A stretch of 64,000 nt of DNA from contig NC_042998.1 in NCBI RefSeq assembly GCF_006345805.1, positions 87,296,001 through 87,360,000 of the forward strand, written 5' to 3'. The first letter of the stretch is position 1, and each line of letters begins with the position of its first letter. Positions 11,669 through 24,372 of this stretch are shown piece by piece. The notes beneath the pieces were generated by a model. It was not told where the DNA came from. It ran no database searches and saw only the letters and a program-made list of their open reading frames with translations. Position numbers and translations under genes: made by a program. The stretch comes from Octopus sinensis (Eukaryota).

Positions 11669-14600
11669 AACCCATCTTTCCCAACTTACACTCATAGAAA
11701 ATTATGCACACACGACCGCAAACCTTTCCATCTCAAATCTTGCCTTTCTTACTTACGCCGCCTAAATCTCGTCTTCTCCTCCCTGCGCAATGTCGTTTTT
11801 GCCCCTCTGTTATCACCATGTCTCTCTCCCTCCCTCTCTCTCTCTCTCTTTCTTTCTCTGCGGTGTCGTTTTCCTCCCTCTGTTATCGCTGTCTCTCTCT
11901 CTCTCTATATATATATATATTTCACTTTCACTCGCTGCCACAGGCTTCTACCCACACCTCCGCTCCCCCTCCCCTATAAAACCCTACGCACATCGCTGTC
12001 TCTCTCTCTCTCTATATATATATATTTCACTTTCACTCGCTGCCACAGTCTTCTACCCACACCTCCGTCCCCCCCCCTCCCCTATAAAACCCTACGCACG
12101 AGGCTTGACCGCCCCTATTATTGCTTTCCTCCTGGCTATAACACACGAACTACGAACTGCAGGATGATGAATAATATCAGCTAAGTCATATTTAAGTTCA
12201 CGACCTGTCCCTCTTTCATTGTTTTTGCAAGTATTATTATCACCATCAAGCCTTATTATTGTGTCCCCCATATATTATCGTTATCCTTCGTCTCAAATGC
12301 TAGCTGAAGCATATAAACTTTCGCTCACAAAAACTTATTCACACGACCGCAAAAAACATCTCGTCTCAAATCTGGTCTTTCTGTCGTTAATTATTCTCTA
12401 ACCCATCTTTCCCAACTTACACTCATAGAAAATTATGCACACGACCGCAAACCTTTCCATCTCAAATCTTGCCTTTCTTACTGCCGCCTAAATCTCGTCT
12501 TCTCCCAGTGCGCAATGTCGTTTTTGCCCCTCTGTTATCACCATGTCTCTCTCCCTCCCTCTCTCTCTCTCTCTCTCTCTCTTTCTCTGCGGTGTCGTTT
12601 TCTCCCTCTGTTATCGCTGTCTCTCTCTCTATATATATATATATATTTCACTTTCACTCGCTGCCACAGGCTTCTACCCACACCTCCGCTCCCCCTCCCC
12701 TATAAAACCCTACGCACATCGCTGTCTCTCTCTCTCTATATATATATATATTTCACTTTCACTCGCTGCCACAGTCTTCTACCCACACCTCCGCTCCCCC
12801 TCCCCTATAAAACCCTACGCACGAGGCTTGACCGCCCCTATTATTGCTTTCCTCCTGGCTATAACACACGAACTACGAACTGCAGGATGATGAATAATAT
12901 CAGCTAAGTCATATTTAAGTTCACGACCTGTCCCTCTTTCATTGTTTTTGCAAGTATTATTATCACACCATCAAGCCTTATTATTGTGTCCCCCATATAT
13001 TATCGTTATCCTTCGTCTCAAATGCTAGCTGAAGCATATAAACTTTCGCTCACAAAAACTTATTCACACGACCGCAAAAAACATCTCGTCTCAAATCTGG
13101 TCTTTCTGTCGTTTAATTCTCTAACCCATCTTTCCCAACTTACACTCATAGAAAATTATGCACACGACCGCAAACCTTTCCATCTCAAATCTTGCCTTTC
13201 TTACTGCCGCCTGCCGCCTAAATCTCGTCTTCTCCCAGTGCGCAATGTCGTTTTTGCCCCTCTGTTATCACCATGTCTCTCTCCCTCCTCTCCTCTCTCT
13301 CTCTCTTCTCTGCGGTGTCGTTTTCTCCCTCTGTTATCGCTGTCTCTCTCTCTCTATATATATTATATATATTTCACTTTCACTCGCTGCCACAGGCTTC
13401 TACCCACACCTCCGCTCCCCCTCCCCTATAAAACCCTACGCACATCGCTGTCTCTCTCTCTCTATATATATATATTTATTTCACTTTCACTCGCTGCCAC
13501 AGTCTTCTACCCACACCTCCGCTCCCCCTCCCCTATAAAACCCTACGCACGAGGCTTGACCGCCCCTATTATTGCTTTCCTCCTGGCTATAACACACGAA
13601 CTACGAACTGCAGGATGATGAATAATATCAGCTAAGTCATATTTAAGTTCACGACCTGTCCCTCTTTCATTGTTTTTGCAAGTATTATTATCACCATCAA
13701 GCCTTATTATTGTGTCCCCCATATATTATCGTTATCCTTCGTCTCAAATGCTAGCTGAAGCATATAAACTTTCGCTCACAAAAACTTATTCACACGACCG
13801 CAAAAAACATCTCGTCTCAAATCTGGTCTTTCTGTCGTTTAATTATTCTCTAACCCATCTTTCCCAACTTACACTCATAGAAAATTATGCACACGACCGC
13901 AAACCTTTCCATCTCAAATCTTGCCTTTCTTACTGCCGCCTAAATCTCGTCTTCTCCCAGTGCGCAATGTCGTTTTTGCCCCTCTGTTATCACCATGTCT
14001 CTCTCCCTCCCTCCCTCTCTCTCTCTCTTTCTCTGCGGTGTCGTTTTCTCTGTCTTTTCTCCCTCTGTTATCGCTGTCTCTCTCTCTCTCTCTATATATA
14101 TATTTCACTTTCACTCGCTGCCACAGGCTTCTACCCACACCTCCGCTCCCCCTCCCCTATAAAACCCTACGCAAATCGCTGTCTCTCTCTCTATATATAT
14201 ATATATTTCACTTTCACTCGCTGCCACAGTCTTCTACCCACACCTCCGCTCCCCCTCCCCTATAAAACCCTACGCACGAGGCTTGACCGCCCCTATTATT
14301 GCTTTCCTCCTGGCTATAACACACGAACTACGAACTGCAGGATGATGAATAATATCAGCTAAGTCATATTTAAGTTCACGACCTGTCCCTCTTTCATTGT
14401 TTTTGCAAGTATTATTATCACCATCAAGCCTTATTATTGTGTCCCCCATATATTATCGTTATCCTTCGTCCAAATGCTAGCTGAAGCATATAAACTTTCG
14501 CTCACAAAAACTTATTCACACGACCGCAAAAAACATCTCGTCTCAAATCTGGTCTTTCTGTCGTTTAATTCTCTAACCCATCTTTCCCAACTTACACTCA

Positions 14601-17600
14601 TAGAAAATTATGCACACGACCGCAAACCTTTCCATCTCAAATCTTGCCTTTCTTACTGCCGCCTAAATCTCGTCTTCTCCCAGTGCGCAATGTCGTTTTT
14701 GCCCCTCTGTTATCACCATGTCTCTCTCCCTCCCTCTCTCTCTCTCTCTTTCTCTGCGGTGTCGTTTTCTCCCTCTGTTATCGCTGTCTCTCTCTCTCTC
14801 TCTATATATATATATTTCACTTTCACTCGCTGCCACAGGCTTCTACCCACACCTCCGCTCCCCCTCCCCTATAAAACCCTACGCACATCGCTGTCTCTCT
14901 CTCTCTATATATATATATATTTCACTTTCACTCGCTGCCACAGTCTTCTACCCACACCTCCGCTCCCCCTCCCCTATAAAACCCTACGCACGAGGCTTGA
15001 CCGCCCCTATTATTGCTTTCCTCCTGGCTATAACCACACGAACTACGAACTGCAGGATGATGAATAATATCAGCTAAGTCATATTTAAGTTCACGACCTG
15101 TCCCTCTTTCATTGTTTTTGCAAGTATTATTATCACCATCAAGCCTTATTATTGTGTCCCCCATATATTATCGTTATCCTTCGTCTCAAATGCTAGCTGA
15201 AGCATATAAACTTTCGCTCACAAAAACTTATTCACACGACCGCAAAAAACATCTCGTCTCAAATCTGGTCTTTCTGTCGTTTAATTCTCTAACCCATCTT
15301 TCCAACTTACACTCATAGAAAATTATGCACACGACCGCAAACCTTTCCATCTCAAATCTTGCCTTTCTTACTGCCGCCTAAATCTCGTCTTCTCCCAGTG
15401 CGCAATGTCGTTTTTGCCCCTCTGTTATCACCATGTCTCTCTCCCTCCCCCTCTCTCTCTCTCTCTTTCTCTGCGGTGTCGTTTTCTCCCTCTGTTATCG
15501 CTGTCTCTCTCTCTATATATATATATATATATTTCACTTTCACTCGCTGCCACAGGCTTCCACCCACACCTCCGCTCCCCCTCCCCTCCCCTATAAAACC
15601 CTACGCACATCGCTGTCTCTCTCTCTCTATATATATATAATATTTCACTTTCACTCGCTGCCACAGTCTTCTACCCACACCTCCGCTCCCCCTCCCCTAT
15701 AAAACCCTACGCACGAGGCTTGACCGCCCCTTTATTGCTTTCCTCCTGGCTATAACACACGAACTACGAACTGCAGGATGATGAATAATATCAGCTAAGT
15801 CATATTTAAGTTCACGACCTGTCCCTCTTTCATTGTTTTTGGCAAGTATTATATCACCATCAAGCCTTATTATTGTGTCCCCCATATATTATCGTTATCC
15901 TTCGTCTCAAATGCTAGCTGAAGCATATAAACTTTCGCTCACAAAAACTTATTCACACGACCGCAAAAAACATCTCGTCTCAAATCTGGTCTTTCTGTCG
16001 TTTAATTCTCTAACCCATCTTTCCCAACTTACACTCATAGAAAATTATGCACACGACCGCAAACCTTTCCATCTCAAATCTTGCCTTTCTTACTGCCGCC
16101 TAAATCTCGTCTTCTCCCAGTGCGCAATGTCGTTTTTGCCCCTCTGTTATCACATGTCTCTCTCCCTCCTCTCCCTCTCTCTCTCTCTTTCTCTGCGGTG
16201 TCGTTTTCTCCCTCTGTTATCGCTGTCTCTCTCTCTCTATATATATATATATATTTCACTTTCACTCGCTGCCACAGGCTTCCACCCACACCTCCGCTCC
16301 CCCTCCCCTATAAAACCCTACGCACATCGCTGTCTCTCTCTCTCTCTATATATATATATTTCACTTTCACTCGCTGCCACAGTCTTCTACCCACACCTCC
16401 GCTCCCCCTCCCCTATAAAACCCTACGCACGAGGCTTGACCGCCCCTATTATTGCTTTCCTCCTGGCTATAACACACGAACTACGAACTGCAGGATGATG
16501 AATAATATCAGCTAAGTCATATTTAAGTTCACGACCTGTCCCTCTTTCATTGTTTTTGCAAGTATTATTATCACCATCAAGCCTTATTATTGTGTCCCCC
16601 ATATATTATCGTTATCCTTCGTCTCAAATGCTAGCTGAAGCATATAAACTTTCGCTCACAAAAACTTATTCACACGACCGCAAAAAAACATCTCGTCTCA
16701 AATCTGGTCTTTCTGTCGTTTAATTCTCTAACCCATCTTTCCCAACTTACACTCATAGAAAATTATGCACACGACCGCAAACCTTTCCATCTCAAATCTT
16801 GCCTTTCTTACTGCCGCCTAAATCTCGTCTTCTCCCAGTGCGCAATGTCGTTTTTGCCCCTCTGTTATCACCATGTCTCTCTCCCTCCCTCTCTCTCTCT
16901 CTCTTTCTCTGCGGTGTCGTTTTCTCCCTCTCTCTATATATATATATATATTTCACTTTCACTCGCTGCCACAGGCTTCTACCCACACCTCCGCTCCCCC
17001 TCCCCTATAAAACCCTACGCACATCGCTGTCTCTCTCTCTATATATATATATATATTTCACTTTCACTCGCTGCCACAGTCTTCTACCCACACCTCCGCT
17101 CCCCCTCCCCTCCCCCTCCCCTATAAAACCCTACGCACGAGGCTTGACCGCCCCTATTATTGCTTTCCTCCTGGCTATAACACACGAACTACGAACTGCA
17201 GGATGATGAATAATATCAGCTAAGTCATATTTAAGTTCACGACCTGTCCCTCTTTCATTGTTTTTGCAAGTATTATTATCACCATCAAGCCTTATTATTG
17301 TGTCCCCCATATATTATCGTTATCCTTCGTCTCAAATGCTAGCTGAAGCATATAAACTTTCGCTCACAAAAACTTATTCACACGACCGCAAAAAACATCT
17401 CGTCTCAAATCTGGTCTTTCTGTCGTTTAATTCTCTAACCCATCTTTCCCAACTTACACTCATAGAAAATTATGCACACGACCGCAAACCTTTCCATCTC
17501 AAATCTTGCCTTTCTTACTGCCGCCTAAATCTCGTCTTCTCCCAGTGCGCAATGTCGTTTTTGCCCCTCTGTTATCACCATGTCTCTCTCCCTCCCTCTC

Positions 17601-19125
17601 TCTCTCTCTCTCTTCTCTCTGCGGTGTCGTTTTCTCTCTCCCCTGTTATCGCTCTGTCTCTTTCTCTCTTCTATATATATATATATATTTCACTTTCACT
17701 CGCTGCCACAGCTTCTACCCACACCTCCGCTCCCCCTCCCCTAGAAAACTACCTATAAAACCCTACGCACATCGCTGTCTCTCTCTCTCTCTATATATAT
17801 ATATTTCACTTTCACTCGCTGCCACAGTCTTCTACCCACCCACCTCCGCTCCCCCCCTCCCCACAATAAAACCCTACGCAGAGGCTTGACCGCCCCTATT
17901 ATTGCTTTCCTCCTGGCTATAACACACGAACTACGAACTGCAGGATGATGAATAATATCAGCTAAGTCATATTTAAGTTCACGACCTGTCCCTCTTTCAT
18001 TGTTTTTGCAAGTATTTATATCACCATCAAGCCTTATTATTGTGTCCCCCATATATTATCGTTATCCTTCGTCTCAAATGCTAGCTGAAGCATATAAACT
18101 TTCGCTCACAAAAACTTATTCACACGACCGCAAAAAACATCTCGTCTCAAATCTGGTCTTTCTGTCGTTTAATTCTCTAACCCATCTTTCCCCACTTACA
18201 ACTCATAGAAAATTAACATGCACACATAGCAACCACCGACACCAAACTTTCCATCTCAAATCTTGCCTTTCTTACTGCCGCCTAAATCTCGTCTTCTCCC
18301 AGTGCGCAATGTCGTTTTTGTCCCCCTCTGTCTCTCATCCCTCCCTCTTCCTCTCTCTCTCTCTTCTCTCTCTCGGCGTGTCGTCTTATCTTCTCCTCTC
18401 TCGCTGCTGTCTCTCTCTCTATATATATATATATATTTCACTTTCACTCGCTGCCACAGGCTTCTACCCACACCTCCGCTCCCCCTCCCCTATAAAACCC
18501 TACGCACATCGCTGTCTCTCTCTCTCTATATATATATATATTTCACTTTCACTCGCTGCCAACAGTCTTCTACCCACACCTCCGCTCCCCCTCCCCTATA
18601 AAACCCTACGCACGAGGCTTGACCGCCCCATTATTGCTTTCCTCCTGGCTATAACACACGAACTACGAACTGCAGGATGATGAATAATATCAGCTAAGTC
18701 ATATTTAAGTTCACGACCTGTCCCTCTTTCATTGTTTTTGCAAGTATTATTATCCCATCAAGCCTTATTATTGTGTCCCCCATATATTATCGTTATCCTT
18801 CGTCTCAAATGCTAGCTGAAGCATATAAACTTTCGCTCACAAAAACTTATTCACACGACCGCAAAAAACATCTCGTCTCAAATCTGGTCTTTCTGTCGTT
18901 TAATTCTCTAACCCATCTTTCCCAACTTACACTCATAGAAAATTATGCACACGACCGCAAACCTTTCCATCTCAAATCTTGCCTTTCTTACTGCCGCCTA
19001 AATCTCGTCTTCTCCCAGTGCGCAATGTCGTTTTTGCCCCTCTGTTATCACCATGTCTCTCTCCCTCCCTCTCTCTCCTCTCTTCTTCTCTGCGGTGTCG
19101 TTTTCTCCCTCTGTTATCGCTGTCG

Positions 19126-19159
<34 letters not shown>

Positions 19160-20578
19160 TTCACTTTCACTCGCCACTTCACTCTCTCCCCTACCCACAC
19201 CTCCGCTCCCCCTCCCCTATAAAACCCTACGCACATCGCTGTCTCTCTCTCTCTATATATATATATTTCACTTTCACTTTCACTCCTGCCACAGTCTTCT
19301 ACCCACACCTCCGCTCCCCTCCCCTATAAAACCCTACGCACGAGGCTTGACCGCCCCTATTATTGCTTTCCTCCTGGCTATAACACACGAACTACGAACT
19401 GCAGGATGATGAATAATATCAGCTAAGTCATATTTAAGTTCACGACCTGTCCCTCTTTCATTGTTTTTGCAAGTATTATTATCACCATCAAGCCTTATTA
19501 TTGTGTCCCCCATATATTATCGTTATCCTTCGTCTCAAATGCTAGCTGAAGCATATAAACTTTCGCTCACAAACAACTTATTCACACGACCGCAAAAAAC
19601 ATCTCGTCTCAAATCTGGTCTTTCTGTCGTTTTATTCTAACCCATTTTCCCAACTTACACTCATCAAATACTCATAGAAATCACGACACCGCAAACCTTT
19701 CCATCTCAAATATCTTGCCTTTTACTTACTGCCGCACCGCAACTCGTCTTCTCCCAGTGCGCAATGTCGTTTTTGCCCCCTGTTATCACCATGTCTCTCT
19801 CCCTCCCTCTCTCTCTCTCTCTTCTCTGCGGTGTCGTTTTCTCCCTCTGTTATCGCTGTCTCTCTCTCTCTCTCTATATATATATATTTCACTTTCACTC
19901 GCTGCCACAGGCTTCTACCCACACCTCCGCTCCCCCTCCCCTATAAAACCCTACGCACATCGCTGTCTCTCTCTCTCTATATATATATATATTTCACTTT
20001 CACTCGCTGCCACAGTCTTCTACCCACACCTCCGCTCCCCCTCCCCTATAAAACCCTACGCACGAGGCTTGACCGCCCCTATTATTGCTTTCCTCCTGGC
20101 TATAACACACGAACTACGAACTGCAGGATGATGAATAATATCAGCTAAGTCATATTTAAGTTCACGACCTGTCCCTCTTTCATTGTTTTTGCAAGTATTA
20201 TTATCACCATCAAGCCTTATTATTGTGTCCCCCATATATTATCGTTATCCTTCGTCTCAAATGCTAGCTGAAGCATATAAACTTTCGCTCACAAAAACTT
20301 ATTCACACGACCGCAAAAAACATCTCGTCTCAAATCTGGTCTTTCTGTCGTTTAATTCTCTAACCCTAACCATCTTTCCCAACTTACACTCATAGAAAAT
20401 TATGCACACGACCGCAAACCTTTCCATCTCAAATCTTGCCTTTCTTACTGCCGCCTAAATCTCGTCTTCTCCCAGTGCGCAATGTCGTTTTTGCCCCTCT
20501 GTTATCACCATGTCTCTCTCCCTCCCTCTCTCTCTCTCTCTTTCTCTGCGGTGTCGTTTTCTCCCTCTGTTATCGCTG

Positions 20579-20609
<31 letters not shown>

Positions 20610-22640
20610 TTCACTTTCACTCGCTGCCACAGGCTTCTACCCACACACCCTCCGCTCCCCCCCTCCCCAAACCCTACGCACATCGCTGTCTCTCTCTCTC
20701 TATATATATATATATTTCACTTTCACTCGCTGCCACAGTCTTCTACCCACACCTCCGCTCCCCCTCCCCTATAAAACCCTACGCACGAGGCTTGACCGCC
20801 CCTATTATTGCTTTCCTCCTGGCTATAACACACGAACTACGAACTGCAGGATGATGAATAATATCAGCTAAGTCATATTTAAGTTCACGACCTGTCCCTC
20901 TTTCATTGTTTTTGCAAGTATTATTATCACCATCAAGCCTTATTATTGTGTCCCCCATATATTATCGTTATCCTTCGTCTCAAATGCTAGCTGAAGCATA
21001 TAAACTTTCGCTCACAAAAACTTATTCACACGACCGCAAAAAACATCTCGTCTCAAATCTGGTCTTTCTGTCGTTTAATTCTCTAACCCATCTTTCCCAA
21101 CTTACACTCATAGAAAATTATGCACACGACCGCAAACCTTTCCATCTCAAATCTTGCCTTTCTTACTGCCGCCTAAATCTCGTCTTCTCCCAGTGCGCAA
21201 TGTCGTTTTTGCCCCTCTGTTATCACCATGTCTCTCTCCCTCCCTCTCTCTCTCTCTCTTTCTCTGCGGTGTCGTTTTCTCCCTCTGTTATCGCTGTCTC
21301 TCTCTCTATATATATATATATATATTTCACTTTCACTCGCTGCCACAGGCTTCCACCCACACCTCCGCTCCCCCTCCCCTATAAAACCCTACGCACATCG
21401 CTGTCTCTCTCTCTCTATATATATATATATTTCACTTTCACTCGCTGCCACAGTCTTCTACCCACACCTCCGCTCCCCCTCCCCTATAAAACCCTACGCA
21501 CGAGGCTTGACCGCCCCTATTATTGCTTTCCTCCTGGCTATAACACACGAACTACGAACTGCAGGATGATGAATAATATCAGCTAAGTCATATTTAAGTT
21601 CACGACCTGTCCCTCTTTCATTGTTTTTGCAAGTATTATTCACCATCAAGCCTTATTATTGTGTCCCCCATATATTATCGTTATCCTTCGTCTCAAATGC
21701 TAGCTGAAGCATATAAACTTTCGCTCACAAAAACTTATTCACACGACCGCAAAAAACATCTCGTCTCAAATCTGGTCTTTCTGTCGTTAATTCTCTAACC
21801 CATCTTTCCCAACTTACACTCATAGAAAATTATGCACACGACCGCAAACCTTTCCATCTCAAATCTTGCCTTTCTTACTGCCGCCTAAATCTCGTCTTCT
21901 CCCAGTGCGCAATGTCGTTTTTGCCCCTCTGTTATCACCATGTCTCTCTCCCTCCCTCTCTCTCTCTCTCTCTTTCTCTGCGGTGTCGTTTTCTCCCTCT
22001 GTTATCGCTGTCTCTCTCTCTCTATATATATATATATATTTCACTTTCACTCGCTGCCACAGGCTTCCACCCACACCTCCGCTCCCCCTCCCCTATAAAA
22101 CCCTACGCACATCGCTGTCTCTCTCTCTCTATATATATATATTTCACTTTCACTCGCTGCCACCAACAGTCTTCTACCCACACCTCCGCTCCCCCTCCCC
22201 TATAAAACCCTACGCACGAGGCTTGACCGCCCCTATTATTGCTTTCCTCCTGGCTATAACACACGAACTACGAACTGCAGGATGATGAATAATATCAGCT
22301 AAGTCATATTTAAGTTCACGACCTGTCCCTCTTTCATTGTTTTTGCAAGTATTATTATCACCATCAAGCCTTATTATTGTGTCCCCCATATATTATCGTT
22401 ATCCTTCGTCTCAAATGCTAGCTGAAGCATATAAACTTTCGCTCACAAAAACTTATTCACACGACCGCAAAAAAACATCTCGTCTCAAATCTGGTCTTTC
22501 TGTCGTTTAATTCTCTAACCCATCTTTCCCAACTTACACTCATAGAAAATTATGCACACACGACCGCAAACCTTTCCATCTCAAATTGCCTTGCTTACTG
22601 CTTTCTTACTGCCGTAAATCTCGTCTTCTCCCAGTGCGCA
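11667..22640 (+). repeat. Tandem array of ~720-bp monomers (15 full plus one ~125-bp partial) abutting the RTE 5' end
   Basis: Monomer start ctaacccatctttcccaac at 11667, 12398, 13121, 13850, 14573, 15289, 16010, 16728, 17435, 18177, 18908, 19637, 20360, 21083, 21795 and 22515. Differences are mostly (CT)n/(AT)n length and small indels. Confidence 0.97.
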
Positions 22641-22831
22641 GTGCGCCCGCCCTCCCGCCCCCCCACCAGTACCGGAAGTCCTTATCTCACCTTGCCTTCC
22701 TTTGCTTTTCTTCCATGAACACCTAAAGGCCTTAAACCAATACCACCCCTTCTATATATGGTGGTGACCATACGGCGCAAAAACATGTTAGTGCAGTGTA
22801 ACAGGTTGAACTTAAGTTCATTGCTTTGCTT

Positions 22832-24372
22832 ATGAATTCTGCCAAATGCGAGTTTTCTTCTTCTTTTCAGGTACATGACGGCACTGCTCCCCGTCCCTGG
22901 GCCTCTCGGGTCAATTCCTTCCACCCCCTCAGGGTGGGCACCCTCAACGCTGGCACACTGAAAGGTAGGTCTGGCGAGATAGTCGAGATGCTTGAACGGA
23001 GACGTGTTGACGTATGTTGTATGCAAGAAATAAGGTGGAGAGGAGGATCTGCTAGGTTCCTCACAGGCAAGGAACACAGGTACAAGATTTTCTGGGCAGG
23101 GAACACTGACGGGGTTGGTGGCGTGGGTATACTTATCGCTGAGAAATGGATAGATAGAGTAATTGAGGTAATCAGAGTAAGTGACAGAATACTTAAGATT
23201 AGAATAGTGCTTCATCATAGATTAGCAACCATTATATCGGCCTATGCCCCTCAGCCAGGGCTACCCGATGGACAGAAAGACAGTTTCTATGACACCCTAC
23301 TGCAGACCACCTCATTGACGAACGACAGGGACCTTCTCTTTGTGGCTGGTGATTTCAATGGGCATGTTGGACGACATGCTGGGGGCTTCCATGGCGTGCA
23401 TGGAGGCTACGGTTATGGTTCCCGCAACGAGGAGGGAACCAGGCTGCTGGAGTTCTGCGATGCGAATAGTCTTATGATCTGCAACACTAACTTCAGGAAA
23501 CCAACAAGCCACCTGGTCACCTACCGATCGGGCCGGCATGCTAGCCAAATCGACTACATCCTCGCCAGAAAAAGGGAAAGATGGCTGCTTATAAATGCCA
23601 AAACCTTCCCGGGCGAAGAATGCACCCCACAACATAGACTGGTAGTTAGTGACTTTAGGATCAGGACTAAGAGGGCGACTAGAAGACGACCAACATGGAG
23701 AAGAAAGGTCTGGAAGCTTAAAGACCCTGCGAATGGACAGAGATTTAGAGATATGTTACTTGAAGCCTTTGACGAAGTGGAAGGGGGTATAGCTACACAT
23801 GGGGTAGAAGACAACTGGACGTTTCTGAGGGACAACCTGCTGAAAGCCGCTGACCAGATCTGTGGCTGGTGCAAAGTCCCCTTAAGACCCAAAATAACAT
23901 GGTGGTGGAACAATATTGTTGATAGGGCTATTAGACAAAAGAAACAGGCTTGGAAGGCCTGGAAGAACGGTGGTAGCAGGGAAGTGTATCAGACTGCCAG
24001 AAGGGAAGCTAGGAGACAGGTCTATCTAGCCAGAGGGGAAGCAGATAAAAGAAAATTTGCCAATGTCCTGCGCCGTGAGGATGAAAGACTTGAGGTATTT
24101 CGTGTTGCAAGACAGTGTGTGAGAGAGAATCGAGATGTGGTAGGAGAGAAATGTGTTCGCATGGAGGATGGTTCACTTGCGTTAAATGAGGATGCAAAGA
24201 GAGAAGCCTGGAGACGCCACTATGAAAGGTTGCTGAATGAGGAAAATGAATGGGATAAAGAGAGTCTGCCGAATGTTGACCCAACAGAGGGACCAGCTAT
24301 CCGAGTTGATAGTTCCGTGGTAGCTAAGGCAATTAGAAGCATGAAGACAGGGAAAGCCCCAGGCCCATCAGA
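22832..24372 (+). CDS. RTE ORF, N-terminal part: apurinic-type (APE) endonuclease and linker
   Basis: LRVGTLNAGTL, DVCCMQEIRW, AYAPQ, VAGDFNGHVG, SQIDYIL, QHRLVVSDF motifs. ATG at 22832 is also present in frame in the 37.2-kb relative. Frame shifts at ~24370, where GPS-GITAEMLK is expected (apparent 1-nt loss). Confidence 0.93.

Noticed and set aside
12100-12260. Possible HDV-like ribozyme in the monomer (such ribozymes are known from some RTE 5' ends); aggcttga/tcaagcct can pair
   Set aside because: Could not build the P1/P2/P3 nested pseudoknot by eye; needs an RNArobo/Infernal search.
20360-20371. ctaaccctaacc telomere-like motif at a monomer start
   Set aside because: Occurs in one monomer only; all others have a single ctaaccc, so it is probably a slip or error.
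11456-22302. Recurrent 100-240 aa ORFs in the tandem array (MFLQVLLSPSS..., MPFLLPPKS...)
   Set aside because: Frames change from monomer to monomer with microsatellite length, translations are low-complexity, and there are no domain motifs.
11667-22640. Array as a 5S rRNA, snRNA, tRNA or spliced-leader gene cluster
   Set aside because: No 5S, U-snRNA, Sm-site or tRNA cloverleaf sequence recognised on either strand; similarity is instead to the RTE 5' UTR.
22853-22875. Conserved ttcttttcag|gtacatg as a splice acceptor before the RTE ORF
   Set aside because: An in-frame ATG (MNSAKCE) lies upstream in both this copy and the 37.2-kb relative, differing by an in-frame 6-nt indel, so no splicing is needed.
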